Below the pieces are notes generated by a model that worked only from the letters and a program-made list of their open reading frames with translations, made no database searches and was not told where the DNA came from. The position numbers and the translations under genes are program-made. Shown here piece after piece: positions 9,144-18,417 of a stretch of DNA of 64,000 nucleotides (positions are counted from its first letter, which is position 1; each line of letters starts with the position of its first letter). Source of the stretch: an uncultured Bacilli bacterium (lineage in GTDB: Bacteria; Bacillota_I; Bacilli_A; RFN20; CAG-826); assembly GCA_944327845.1 (NCBI GenBank), contig CALVHN010000001.1:323089-387088 (forward strand), written 5' to 3'.

Positions 9144-10145
9144 ATGGAATATCAAATTAAAGACTATAAATCAAAACTTAACTTAAAAGAAACCTTTGTT
9201 GCTATTAAATTTTTAAAAGATAATTTTGAAAATTTATTATCTAATTCATTAAATTTAAAAAGAGTGAGCTCCCCTCTTTTTGTTTTAAAATCTACTGGAT
9301 TAAATGATGATTTAAATGGTTATGAAGAACCTGTTAGATTTAATTTAAAATCCTTAGAAGGAGATGTTGAAATAGTTCAATCACTTGCTAAATGGAAAAG
9401 AAATGCTTTAAAAGAATATGGTTTTAATGTATATGAAGGTTTATATACTGATATGAACGCCATTAGAAAAGATGAATTCGTTGATAATATTCATTCAATT
9501 TATGTTGATCAATGGGATTGGGAATTAATTATTAAAAAAGAAGATCGAAATTTAGATTTTTTATTTAATAAAGTTAATAAAATTTATCAATGCTTATTAG
9601 ATTTAGAAAAGTTAATAAATGCAAAATTTCCAATATTAAAAAATAAATTACCCGCTGAGATCTCATTTATTTCTACTAATGAATTATTTAATTTATACCC
9701 ATATCTTTCTTCAAAAGAAAGAGAAAATAAATATTTAAAAGAACATAAAGCAGCATTTATTTATAAAATCGGCTATCCATTAAAGAATAATATGCCACAC
9801 GATGGGAGAGCTAGCGACTATGATGATTGGAATTTAAATGGTGATATTTTAGTATATGATGAAGTTCTTTCTTCAGCACTCGAATTATCTTCAATGGGAA
9901 TTAGAGTAGATAAAGATTCCTTAGTTAAACAAGTAACTTATAAACATGAAGAAAATAAATTAAATACTAAATATCATCAAGATATTTTAAATGATAGATT
10001 GCCTTTAACTATTGGAGGCGGCATAGGTCAATCAAGATTATGTTTATTCTTTTTAGAAAAAGCTCATATTGGAGAAGTTCAAGCTTCATTATGGAATGAG
10101 CATGAATATGAATTAGCTAAAAAATTAGGAATAAAGTTCTTATAA
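9144..10145 (+). CDS. asnA: Aspartate-ammonia ligase (asparagine synthetase A)
   Basis: 333 aa. The sequence is AsnA-like throughout: LNLKRVSSPLFV, DNIHSIYVDQWDWE, GGGIGQSRLCLFFL. Confidence 0.85.
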   Translation: MEYQIKDYKSKLNLKETFVAIKFLKDNFENLLSNSLNLKRVSSPLFVLKSTGLNDDLNGYEEPVRFNLKSLEGDVEIVQSLAKWKRNALKEYGFNVYEGLYTDMNAIRKDEFVDNIHSIYVDQWDWELIIKKEDRNLDFLFNKVNKIYQCLLDLEKLINAKFPILKNKLPAEISFISTNELFNLYPYLSSKERENKYLKEHKAAFIYKIGYPLKNNMPHDGRASDYDDWNLNGDILVYDEVLSSALELSSMGIRVDKDSLVKQVTYKHEENKLNTKYHQDILNDRLPLTIGGGIGQSRLCLFFLEKAHIGEVQASLWNEHEYELAKKLGIKFL

Positions 10146-10240
10146 TTATCATAATTTTTTTATATAAATTCGTTATAAAATTATAAAAAACATTGCAAAT
10201 CTCGCATAAAAATTAAAAATAATTAATTAACAAACAAAAA

Positions 10241-10270
10241 ATCTAGAGAAATTAATCTCTAGATTTTTAT
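10241..10270 (+). terminator. Rho-independent terminator after asnA
   Basis: Hairpin ATCTAGAGA-aattaa-TCTCTAGAT with a 9-bp stem, followed by TTTTAT. Confidence 0.6.
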
Positions 10271-10323
10271 TTAAAAACTATTTAAATAATTTTATTTAAT
10301 TAGTTAGCTTTTTTATTCATTAT

Positions 10324-10640
10324 TTATCTAGCCTCTACTTCAAATGTAATAGTATAGTCTAATTCTGTTCCTTGAGCTTCATTACCAATAGTAAGTGACA
10401 TTGAATATTCAAAATTTAACTCAATAGAGTTATCAAATTCAACATTAAATCCTGCTTTCTTAAGTTTCCTGAATATAATGTTTCATTAGCTGCAGTAACT
10501 TTTAAATCTAAATATTTTAACATTGTGTTAGTAGTGCTTGGAAAATTAAAAATTGATTTGAGTTTTGTATTTTCACAATCAGTACTAACTTTTATTATTT
10601 TTTCTTCTTTTTTACCTGGATAGAAATCTTTAATACTTAT
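10324..10640 (-). pseudogene. Decayed gene fragment downstream of glyA (frameshifted, no start codon)
   Basis: Hand translation of the minus strand gives ..IKDFYPGKKEEKIIKVSTDCENTKLKSIFNFPSTTNTMLKYLDLKVTAANETLYSGNLRK. After a frame change it continues GFNVEFDNSIELNFEYSMSLTIGNEAQGTELDYTITFEVEAR*. No in-frame initiator is present. Confidence 0.3.
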
Positions 10641-10660
10641 AAAATAATGTAGTTTAAAAT

Positions 10661-11923
10661 TTATCTATTTAAAGGAAATTTATTAGTTAATTCTATTACT
10701 TTATTTTTTATTTCTTTTAATTTTTCAGGATTATTTTTATTTATTAATGCTTGATCAATTAAATTACCTACTTTAATAAATTCTTTTTCTTTAAACCCTC
10801 TTGTAGTCATAGCTGGTGTACCAAGTCTTATTCCACTACAATATGCTGGTTTTTCAGTATCGCCTGGGATTGAATTTTTATTACATGTGATATTCACAGA
10901 TTCCAATATTTTTTGAGCATCAAGTCCTGTAATTCCTAATTTTGATTTAACATCAACCATTAAAAGATGATTATCTGTGCCACCACTTATTATAAAATAT
11001 CCTAAATTTTGTAAGGTTTTTGCAAGGATTTTAGAATTTTTAACAACATTTTCTATATATATTTTATAACTAGGATCAAGAGCTTCTTTAAATGCAACAG
11101 CCTTAGCTGCTATTACATGCATTAATGGTCCCCCTTGGCATCCTGGAAATACTTCTTTATCAATCTTTTTAGCTAACTCTTCATTATTTGTTAAAATAAT
11201 TCCACCTCTTGGTCCTCTTAAAGTTTTATGAGTAGTTGAAGTAACAACATCTGCGAAAACAATAGGATTTTGATGAAAACCAGTTGCACAAAGTCCTGCA
11301 ATATGGGCCATATCTACTAATAAATAAGCACCTACTTCATCAGCGATTTCTCTAAACTTTTTAAAATCAATCTTACGAGAATAAGCACTTGCTCCGGCAA
11401 TAATTAATTGAGGTTTAACTTCTTTTGCTATTTTTTCTACTTTTTCATAATTAATTAATCCAGTTTCAATATCTACTCCATATGTATAAGCTTGATAATC
11501 TTTTCCAGAAAAAGATAATTTATAGCCGTGAGTTAAATGTCCACCAGCATCTAAACTCATTCCTAGAATTTTATCACCTTCCTTGATTAAAGCTCTAATT
11601 GCTGCCATATTAGCTTGAGATCCAGAATGAGGTTGAACATTTGCAAACTTTGCATTAAATAATTTTTTAAGTCTTTCAATCGCTAAAGTTTCGACTACAT
11701 CGACAAATTCACAACCTCCATAATATCTTTTGCTTGGATATCCTTCAGCGTATTTATTAGTGAAAATACTTCCTTGAGCTTCTCTTACTGCTAAAGATAC
11801 AAAATTTTCACTAGCAATAAGTTCAATGTTTTCATCTTGCCTCTTAGTTTCATTTTTTAATGCTTCATATATTTCATAATCACCATTCATTAATTCTAAA
11901 TTATCAATCATAGATGTATCCAT
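10661..11923 (-). CDS. glyA: Serine hydroxymethyltransferase
   Basis: 420 aa with the motifs [20 protein letters not shown] and the PLP-lysine region [14 protein letters not shown]. Confidence 0.95.
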   Translation of the reverse strand: MDTSMIDNLELMNGDYEIYEALKNETKRQDENIELIASENFVSLAVREAQGSIFTNKYAEGYPSKRYYGGCEFVDVVETLAIERLKKLFNAKFANVQPHSGSQANMAAIRALIKEGDKILGMSLDAGGHLTHGYKLSFSGKDYQAYTYGVDIETGLINYEKVEKIAKEVKPQLIIAGASAYSRKIDFKKFREIADEVGAYLLVDMAHIAGLCATGFHQNPIVFADVVTSTTHKTLRGPRGGIILTNNEELAKKIDKEVFPGCQGGPLMHVIAAKAVAFKEALDPSYKIYIENVVKNSKILAKTLQNLGYFIISGGTDNHLLMVDVKSKLGITGLDAQKILESVNITCNKNSIPGDTEKPAYCSGIRLGTPAMTTRGFKEKEFIKVGNLIDQALINKNNPEKLKEIKNKVIELTNKFPLNR

Positions 11924-11929
11924 TCCTTG

Positions 11930-14900
11930 TTATTTTTTAGTTTTAAAATAAACAATGATATCTTCAAATGTTTCAATATTTATATCATTATCAATTTTAT
12001 TAATTGTTGCTCCTTCAATTAAATCAATATTCATTTCAATACTTTTATCAAAAGCGTTATTTTTAATAGTAATATTACTTCCTTGAGGAATATGGAGTTC
12101 TTCTAATCTCTTACAGCCTTTAAAACTATCAATATCAATCTCTTTTACACAATTAGATAATTTAATAATTGCTAAAGAAGTACAATTTTCACATACATGT
12201 TTTGGAAGAATTTTAATTTCAGATTCAGATAAATCTAATGTATATAAAGAATTGCAATCTTCAAATAACCATGAATATAATTCTTTAACACCTTTCCCAA
12301 ATCTAACTTCATCTAAGAAATCACAATTAGAAAAAGCATCATAACTAAAAGCAACTAGAGTTACACCGTATTTTTCTTTAAGTTCATCACTATCAAACAT
12401 TTCAATATTTTTATCTAAAATATTATCTATAACAAGCTCATTATAGTTAATAATACTTCCAGAAATTGATTCTTGATAAAAATCTTTATTATCAAAATTA
12501 ATAACGCCATTACTAATTAAAGTTATATTCCTACCAAGAAAATACTTCTTTAATTCTTCTTCGCTTTCAATTGGAGTATATTCATTTGTTAAATTAAAAC
12601 AATAAGAACTTAATATAATTTCTTCACTATTTATTTTAACTTCTTTTAATTCTATTAAATTAGAAAAAGCTAAGTTCTCAACTTCTTTTAAGCTAGCAGG
12701 TAAATTAATTATTTTAACTTGATTTGAATTAGTAAAAGCAAACTTAGAAACTTTTTTAAGATTATTTAATTTCTCTAAATCTATTTTTTCTAAATATTTG
12801 CTTCCAAAAAACATAAATGAAGGAATTTCTTCTAAGCTAGAAGAAAGATTTAAAGAACCTACATCCCTTAATCCTGTTCCAATAAATAAACCAATTTTTA
12901 TTTTTTTATAATTTTTATTTTCAATAGTGCTAAAATCAATCTTTTCTAAAGAAGCACAATTTTCAAAAGCAAATTGTCCAATTTCTAAAACATCATCAGT
13001 TACTTCTAAAGATTTTGGTAAATTAATTTCTTTTAAAGAATGACAATCTTCTACAAAAGATTCACCTAATTTCTTTACGCTATCAGGAATAATTATTCTT
13101 TTAATGTAATTACAATCATAAAAAGAAAATTCACCAATAGATTCTAATTTAGATGGTAAATGTATATTTCTAAGATTTATAAAACCATTAAAATATAAAG
13201 GTTCTTTAATATCTTTTACATTATTAGAAAGATCAATAGATCGAATATTTTCAATTATTTCATCCTGTTTTAATAATTGTCTTAAGTCATTTTCATTTAT
13301 ATTTTTATCTAAATAATATAAAGCAATGATAGGTTTAAAATAATTATTATTTTTCTCAATATTTTGAAGAGGTAATAAGAAAGTATTAAATTTAGTTATT
13401 TCATTAATTTTATAATATGTTCCATCAATTTTAGGATAATTAAATATAATCTCTTCTTTACATTTATAATTAGTTTCATCAATAAAATTTAAAACATTCA
13501 TAAAGTTTGGAAATGCATTAATTGAATAATTAGCCAAGTTAATCTCTATTTTATTATTTCCATAATATAAATAATTTAATAATTCTCGATTATTCATTTC
13601 TTTTATCTTTTTATTGTTTGTTGCTAAATTTAATAAATTATTGCTTTGATTTAAAGCATTTATTTCATTAATTAACTCAGTATTTTGATAAAATTCCTTG
13701 TAAAACTCAACTTTTTCATTAAAATTAAGAGCACAATAAGAATCTCTTAAGCAAGATAACATTAAAAATATTTTATTATTATTTTCAACTAAAAATATTG
13801 ATTTAAGAGCTAAATGATGTTCGGTATTTGAACTAAATAAATATAAATAATCATCATAATCATATATATCATCTTCAGACATTATCGATAAAAATAAAGT
13901 ATACATAATAATAAATACTTTATCTTTATTATATAAAGCAGATAAAGTTACCGATTGATCATCTTTAATTGAAGATTCACTAGTTATTTTATTTAAAAAA
14001 GATAATATTTCTTTAAAAATATATAGAGTTTTATCTTTTCTATTTTCATCTTCTTTTAAATTATTTAATAAATCATTAAATATTTTATATATTTTTCCTT
14101 TATCTTTATCTAAATAGAATAAATAATCTATGTTTTCACCAAGTCTATTTAAATCACCATCTAAAATTACAGGTAAATAATGAAGAATATCAGAAAATTT
14201 AATTGGATTATTTGAGATATCTTTAAGCATATAATTATATATATTTTGAAGATTTTCATTTAAATGTTCTCTTGATTTAAAAAAGATAAATCTCGCTGAA
14301 TAATAATCACTAAATATTTTTTGATAAAATTTATTCTCATTATCAATTAAGTATGTGTTTTCCTTGATCTTTTTAATTTTATTTTCATCTATTCGATCAA
14401 TTACTAATGAATCTATTGTGTCAAAACCTGCACCTCTAATTGCAACATATTGCAAAAATTCATAGTTTTCAATATTATCTTTAAAATCACTATAATTTAT
14501 TTGAATTAAATCAAATATTGATCTTGATAATAAATTATCTAATTTAATTTCATATTTGTATTTTGGATCAATATTATGTTTAAATTTTTGAATTACTGTA
14601 TTTGCTAAAAATGGATTAATTGAATTATCAAAAGTAATTAATTTAAATGCTTCTTTAATTTTTTCTAAACCATTATCTATAATAGTAATAATTTTTGCGT
14701 TCTTTAAATTATCAATAAATTTATAAGCTTCAGCTTCGCTAAAATCTCTTACTTTAAATACTTTATTAAAACCTAATGTTTCCTTATCTATTTCTCGAAA
14801 AAAATCGCTTTTAGAATTTTCTCTACATCCAATAATGATTGTTGTATTTTTATTTAAAAGAGTATTAATTCCTTTTCTAGGTAATATGTTAGCTAAATTC

Positions 14901-15898
14901 TTTTTTATCTCATCTTTATTTATTTCATCCCAGCTATCAAAAATAAAAAAATTATTATTATATTTTAATAATTTCTTATAGATTTTATTGCTTATTTGAT
15001 TAAAATCCTTGCAAAATCCACATAAAACTTGAAATATTTTAGAATCTAAGATTTTAATTATTGATTTATTCATTGCTTCTTCAAGACTAACACTATGATC
15101 ATAACTAAAGTCAAATATTAAAGGAAAATATGGATTATCTTTCTTTTTAGAATTAATGAATATGTTACATAAATCAATATAAGTTTTAATTAATAATGTA
15201 GATTTTCCACTTCCTGCATCTCCAATTACAAGAAAGCTTTTTTCTTCTTTTTCACCTTTAATTTCTTCTAAAATACTATTTCTTTTCGCTTCCTTTAAGT
15301 TATTTATATTAACTGAATTATCATTAATTGAAATTTCACCTACTAGTGTCTTTTTAGCAATATAAAATTTATTAAATTCTTCGATTGCTTGTTCTGTTAC
15401 ATTTTCTTTTGAGGTTAAATGAGAACAACTTAAAACTTTATTCGCATTAAGAATTTTAAAATATCTTTTTTTAAATATATTTTTAAAGTTCTTAAAATAT
15501 ATCGTTTTAGAAATTGATAATAATAACTTATCCCAGGTAAAAGTTAAAGCAATACATAAAAGAACAAAAATAACTGAAACAATGTCTAATCCTGAATTAA
15601 CATTAAATAATATCTCAACTAATGCTTTTGCAATTCCTATTTCATCTTCATCAAAAAGATCTAAAAATGTTTGTATTACTGCTTTAGTTGTTCCAAATAT
15701 TATTAAAGTTAAAATTACTGCATGACCAATTCCGAAAATAAGCCTATACCATAATTTTTTGCTTCTTAATTCAAAATTTTTATCATCTATTAATTTATGT
15801 TTAACAAAAATTATTTCACATGTAATTTGAATTATTAAAAGTAAAAGATTAATAAATAGTAACAAATACCTTTCCATAACAATAAAATAATAAAACAA
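11930..15898 (-). CDS. Membrane-anchored NACHT/STAND-type P-loop NTPase with C-terminal BspA-type leucine-rich repeats (NLR-like)
   Basis: 1322 aa.
- Hydrophobic helices at about aa 10-125.
- Walker A GDAGSGKST at aa 226-234 (nt 15197-15223).
- Walker B-like FFIFDSWDE at about aa 317-325, followed by IIIGCRE.
- C-terminal ~400 aa of repeats with the pattern F..C..L..I.LP.S...I....F. Confidence 0.7.
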   Translation of the reverse strand: MFYYFIVMERYLLLFINLLLLIIQITCEIIFVKHKLIDDKNFELRSKKLWYRLIFGIGHAVILTLIIFGTTKAVIQTFLDLFDEDEIGIAKALVEILFNVNSGLDIVSVIFVLLCIALTFTWDKLLLSISKTIYFKNFKNIFKKRYFKILNANKVLSCSHLTSKENVTEQAIEEFNKFYIAKKTLVGEISINDNSVNINNLKEAKRNSILEEIKGEKEEKSFLVIGDAGSGKSTLLIKTYIDLCNIFINSKKKDNPYFPLIFDFSYDHSVSLEEAMNKSIIKILDSKIFQVLCGFCKDFNQISNKIYKKLLKYNNNFFIFDSWDEINKDEIKKNLANILPRKGINTLLNKNTTIIIGCRENSKSDFFREIDKETLGFNKVFKVRDFSEAEAYKFIDNLKNAKIITIIDNGLEKIKEAFKLITFDNSINPFLANTVIQKFKHNIDPKYKYEIKLDNLLSRSIFDLIQINYSDFKDNIENYEFLQYVAIRGAGFDTIDSLVIDRIDENKIKKIKENTYLIDNENKFYQKIFSDYYSARFIFFKSREHLNENLQNIYNYMLKDISNNPIKFSDILHYLPVILDGDLNRLGENIDYLFYLDKDKGKIYKIFNDLLNNLKEDENRKDKTLYIFKEILSFLNKITSESSIKDDQSVTLSALYNKDKVFIIMYTLFLSIMSEDDIYDYDDYLYLFSSNTEHHLALKSIFLVENNNKIFLMLSCLRDSYCALNFNEKVEFYKEFYQNTELINEINALNQSNNLLNLATNNKKIKEMNNRELLNYLYYGNNKIEINLANYSINAFPNFMNVLNFIDETNYKCKEEIIFNYPKIDGTYYKINEITKFNTFLLPLQNIEKNNNYFKPIIALYYLDKNINENDLRQLLKQDEIIENIRSIDLSNNVKDIKEPLYFNGFINLRNIHLPSKLESIGEFSFYDCNYIKRIIIPDSVKKLGESFVEDCHSLKEINLPKSLEVTDDVLEIGQFAFENCASLEKIDFSTIENKNYKKIKIGLFIGTGLRDVGSLNLSSSLEEIPSFMFFGSKYLEKIDLEKLNNLKKVSKFAFTNSNQVKIINLPASLKEVENLAFSNLIELKEVKINSEEIILSSYCFNLTNEYTPIESEEELKKYFLGRNITLISNGVINFDNKDFYQESISGSIINYNELVIDNILDKNIEMFDSDELKEKYGVTLVAFSYDAFSNCDFLDEVRFGKGVKELYSWLFEDCNSLYTLDLSESEIKILPKHVCENCTSLAIIKLSNCVKEIDIDSFKGCKRLEELHIPQGSNITIKNNAFDKSIEMNIDLIEGATINKIDNDINIETFEDIIVYFKTKK

Positions 15899-16399
15899 CT
15901 TGGTGTTAATATTAAGTAAAATATCAAATTTGTTTTTATTCTTTTAGTTTGTGGTTATTTTTTTAATAACTATATGATTACTTCTTTCTCTTAATCTATA
16001 ACAATAGCCTATAATTTTTTATAGCATTAGCGTGATACAATAGTCTAGTTCGTATTTAATATTCATCAACAATCTTCTTTTAAAACCTTTATTTATTTTG
16101 ATAATCGTTTTTTTAACTATAGAAAAACGTCTCTTTTTCAAATGTAATTATTGGGGGATTTCTTCAAAAATATTGATACTTTTTAAATGTTATTTTTTTC
16201 ATTATTCTGAGAGCTTTAAAAATCTATTTTAAGTGGATTTCCTGGCTTTGTGAATATATAACTTAGATATAAATTATGGCAGTTCATTAATAGACAACAC
16301 TTTGAAAAGGAAATAACCGTTCGAAAAGTTCATAGAAAACTATAGATATAAAATCATGGCACTTGGTTCACATGTAACTTCGGCATTTACATCAACAAA

Positions 16400-16456
16400 T
16401 AAAAAAGAGCCTCCTACGATATAGTTTGAACCTATACCATGGAAGGCTTTTTTTAT
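16400..16456. terminator. Bidirectional rho-independent terminator in an ORF-free region
   Basis: The structure reads AAAAAA-GAGCCTCC-tacga-TATAG-tttgaac-CTATA-ccat-GGAAGGCT-TTTTTTT. It is an extended hairpin with an internal loop, with A-runs on one side and T-runs on the other. Confidence 0.55.
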
Positions 16457-16744
16457 CTTTACGAATGTTTGAACTCGAAGTACTATTGCGGTAGTTTGAA
16501 CTTTTATGGGTATTTTTGAGTATTTTCGATGGTTATAATGGGAACATAAATTTTAGGATGCGACATAGTGAGCACGTATTGGTAATTTTTGGTATAAAAA
16601 GCTATAATGATGAGGCATTATAGGCGTTTTTCAAAGATTGTCCTTACTGTACGCCTTAAATGCCAAATTTTCTATGTTTTGTACGCCTTAAATACCTTGA
16701 CAAAATCATTTTTTTATGAACCGACATTGTAAAAAGATACAAAT

Positions 16745-17110
16745 TTATTTGAATAAAGCAACAAGAGCAACTATTAACCCTGCTAATCCTATCAGCGTTC
16801 CAACAGCAAAAGAAATGTAGCCAAATATTTTCGATTTTTTTGACTCATTTTTTGCAAGTTCTTCCGATTTTTTTGATTCTTCAAGTTGTTGATTTAATAA
16901 ATTGTTTTGTTCAATTGTTGCACTTAGTTGATTCGATAGCAAAACATTTTGTTCTTCAAGTTTCTTATACATAGGGCTTTCTATTTGCTGTTTCATTTTA
17001 AATTCGTCAATTCGACGCAATTTATCAGCTTCAGCCATGGCGCTTCGAGCAGAATTGATTTTTGAAGTATCGACCATATCTAAATAAATATCATCATTAA
17101 ACATATTCAT
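16745..17110 (-). CDS. Tail-anchored coiled-coil membrane protein, unknown function
   Basis: 121 aa. About 95 aa are charged heptad-like sequence (QQ..LEE..K), followed by a single C-terminal TM helix IFGYISFAVGTLIGLAGLIVALVALF. It is divergent from the nuclease gene with a 56-bp spacer. Confidence 0.6.
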   Translation of the reverse strand: MNMFNDDIYLDMVDTSKINSARSAMAEADKLRRIDEFKMKQQIESPMYKKLEEQNVLLSNQLSATIEQNNLLNQQLEESKKSEELAKNESKKSKIFGYISFAVGTLIGLAGLIVALVALFK

Positions 17111-17166
17111 AAAATATTACACTTTCTTTCCTGTAATTACAAAAAATAAAATGATATGATTCTTTT

Positions 17167-18417
17167 ATGAGTGAAAAAAGAGTAATTCGCGAGCCAGTTT
17201 ATTTTCCTAAGGCAAATGTAGATACCACTAAATACTTATTTATCATCAGCAAAATGTGTGGGCCATTTGCTTTTATGACAATAACTGAGACCGGGTTAAA
17301 GAAGAGCATAATGGATGCGACCGGTGGAGTTAGATTCTTTTTGAAAGAAGCAATGCTTCATGATTATAATGAACAAAAACAGGGACCAGAAAATAAAGTG
17401 ATTGTCCCAGCTCATTTTATTTTAGAGAACACAATAATCGACACAAAAGCCTCTTTATATAGACCTATAACTAAAAAAGGTGATCCAAGAATTTGGTTTT
17501 ACGATCTTAAAAATTATGTCTCAGTTTCTGATTTACTACTACTCTTTTCAGTAGATAAAGAAATATATGTTGTCAATTTATCAAACAAGAAATTATCCGA
17601 TTCAATAATCAATAAAGGTTTTGTTTACGAACAAATAATAAAATCAAGAATAGAAGCAATTAATGCAAGAGATAAATTATTAAGATTACTTAACGAATTG
17701 CATGAAAAGGGATGGGTTAAAGCAACAACTCACGGAGACACAGCTGTTGGAGACACATTAGAACATGAATTGGGAATAAGCAGAAACAATTCCACTCAAC
17801 CAGATTACAAAGGCATCGAATTAAAAGCTTCGAGAATAAATCGTGGCGGCCAAAGAAGGCAAAGAACAAGAATTACTCTTTTTGCTAAGGTACCTGACGA
17901 AGGAATGACATATAGAGAAATTTTGGAGTCTTATGGGAAGGTCCAAATTCCAGATAGACAAACACAACCTAGATTGCAACTATATGACACTTTTAAAGCC
18001 AGCAGAGCCAATGCATATAATCTGTTTTTATTCCCAAACGAATCAAACGAAAGATTAGAGATACTTTATTCTAAATCAGGAGACATTCATGATCCGGCCA
18101 ATAGGTATGTATCGTCTTGGAAATTAGAAAATTTAGCTAATTCATTAAAAGAAAAACATAAAGAGACTTTCTTTGTTAAAGCTAAATCCAAACTTATAGA
18201 TGGCGAAGAATATTTTTTGTACGAAAGTGTCGTCCACACCTCTAATCCAAACACCTCTGTACTATTCGCTTTATTTGAAGAAGATAAAATTACACTCGAT
18301 TTATTGATTCACAAAAAAGAAGATGGTTCTACAAGAGACCACGGTGCACTATTTAAGATGTGGCCACAAGATCTCCCACTACTTTTTGGTGATGAAGAAA
18401 TTATTGATTTGAATTAA
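17167..18417 (+). CDS. Type II restriction endonuclease, MutH/Sau3AI/MvaI-BcnI-like PD-(D/E)XK core with an extra ~180-aa N-terminal domain
   Basis: GDTLEHELGISRNNSTQPDYKGIELKASR aligns with the MutH-type motif (D..G.ELK). The candidate catalytic residues are D213 (17803-17805), E218 (17818-17820) and K220 (17824-17826). The gene is convergent with, and overlaps, a C5-methylase gene. Confidence 0.65.
   Translation: MSEKRVIREPVYFPKANVDTTKYLFIISKMCGPFAFMTITETGLKKSIMDATGGVRFFLKEAMLHDYNEQKQGPENKVIVPAHFILENTIIDTKASLYRPITKKGDPRIWFYDLKNYVSVSDLLLLFSVDKEIYVVNLSNKKLSDSIINKGFVYEQIIKSRIEAINARDKLLRLLNELHEKGWVKATTHGDTAVGDTLEHELGISRNNSTQPDYKGIELKASRINRGGQRRQRTRITLFAKVPDEGMTYREILESYGKVQIPDRQTQPRLQLYDTFKASRANAYNLFLFPNESNERLEILYSKSGDIHDPANRYVSSWKLENLANSLKEKHKETFFVKAKSKLIDGEEYFLYESVVHTSNPNTSVLFALFEEDKITLDLLIHKKEDGSTRDHGALFKMWPQDLPLLFGDEEIIDLN

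Noticed and set aside
16356-16424. 22-codon ORF (MALGSHVTSAFTSTNKKEPPTI) starting in one copy of the ATGGCA direct repeat and ending inside the terminator hairpin.
   Set aside because: It has no Shine-Dalgarno sequence. The sister repeat copy encodes only MAVH*, so the ATG is more likely part of a non-coding repeat.
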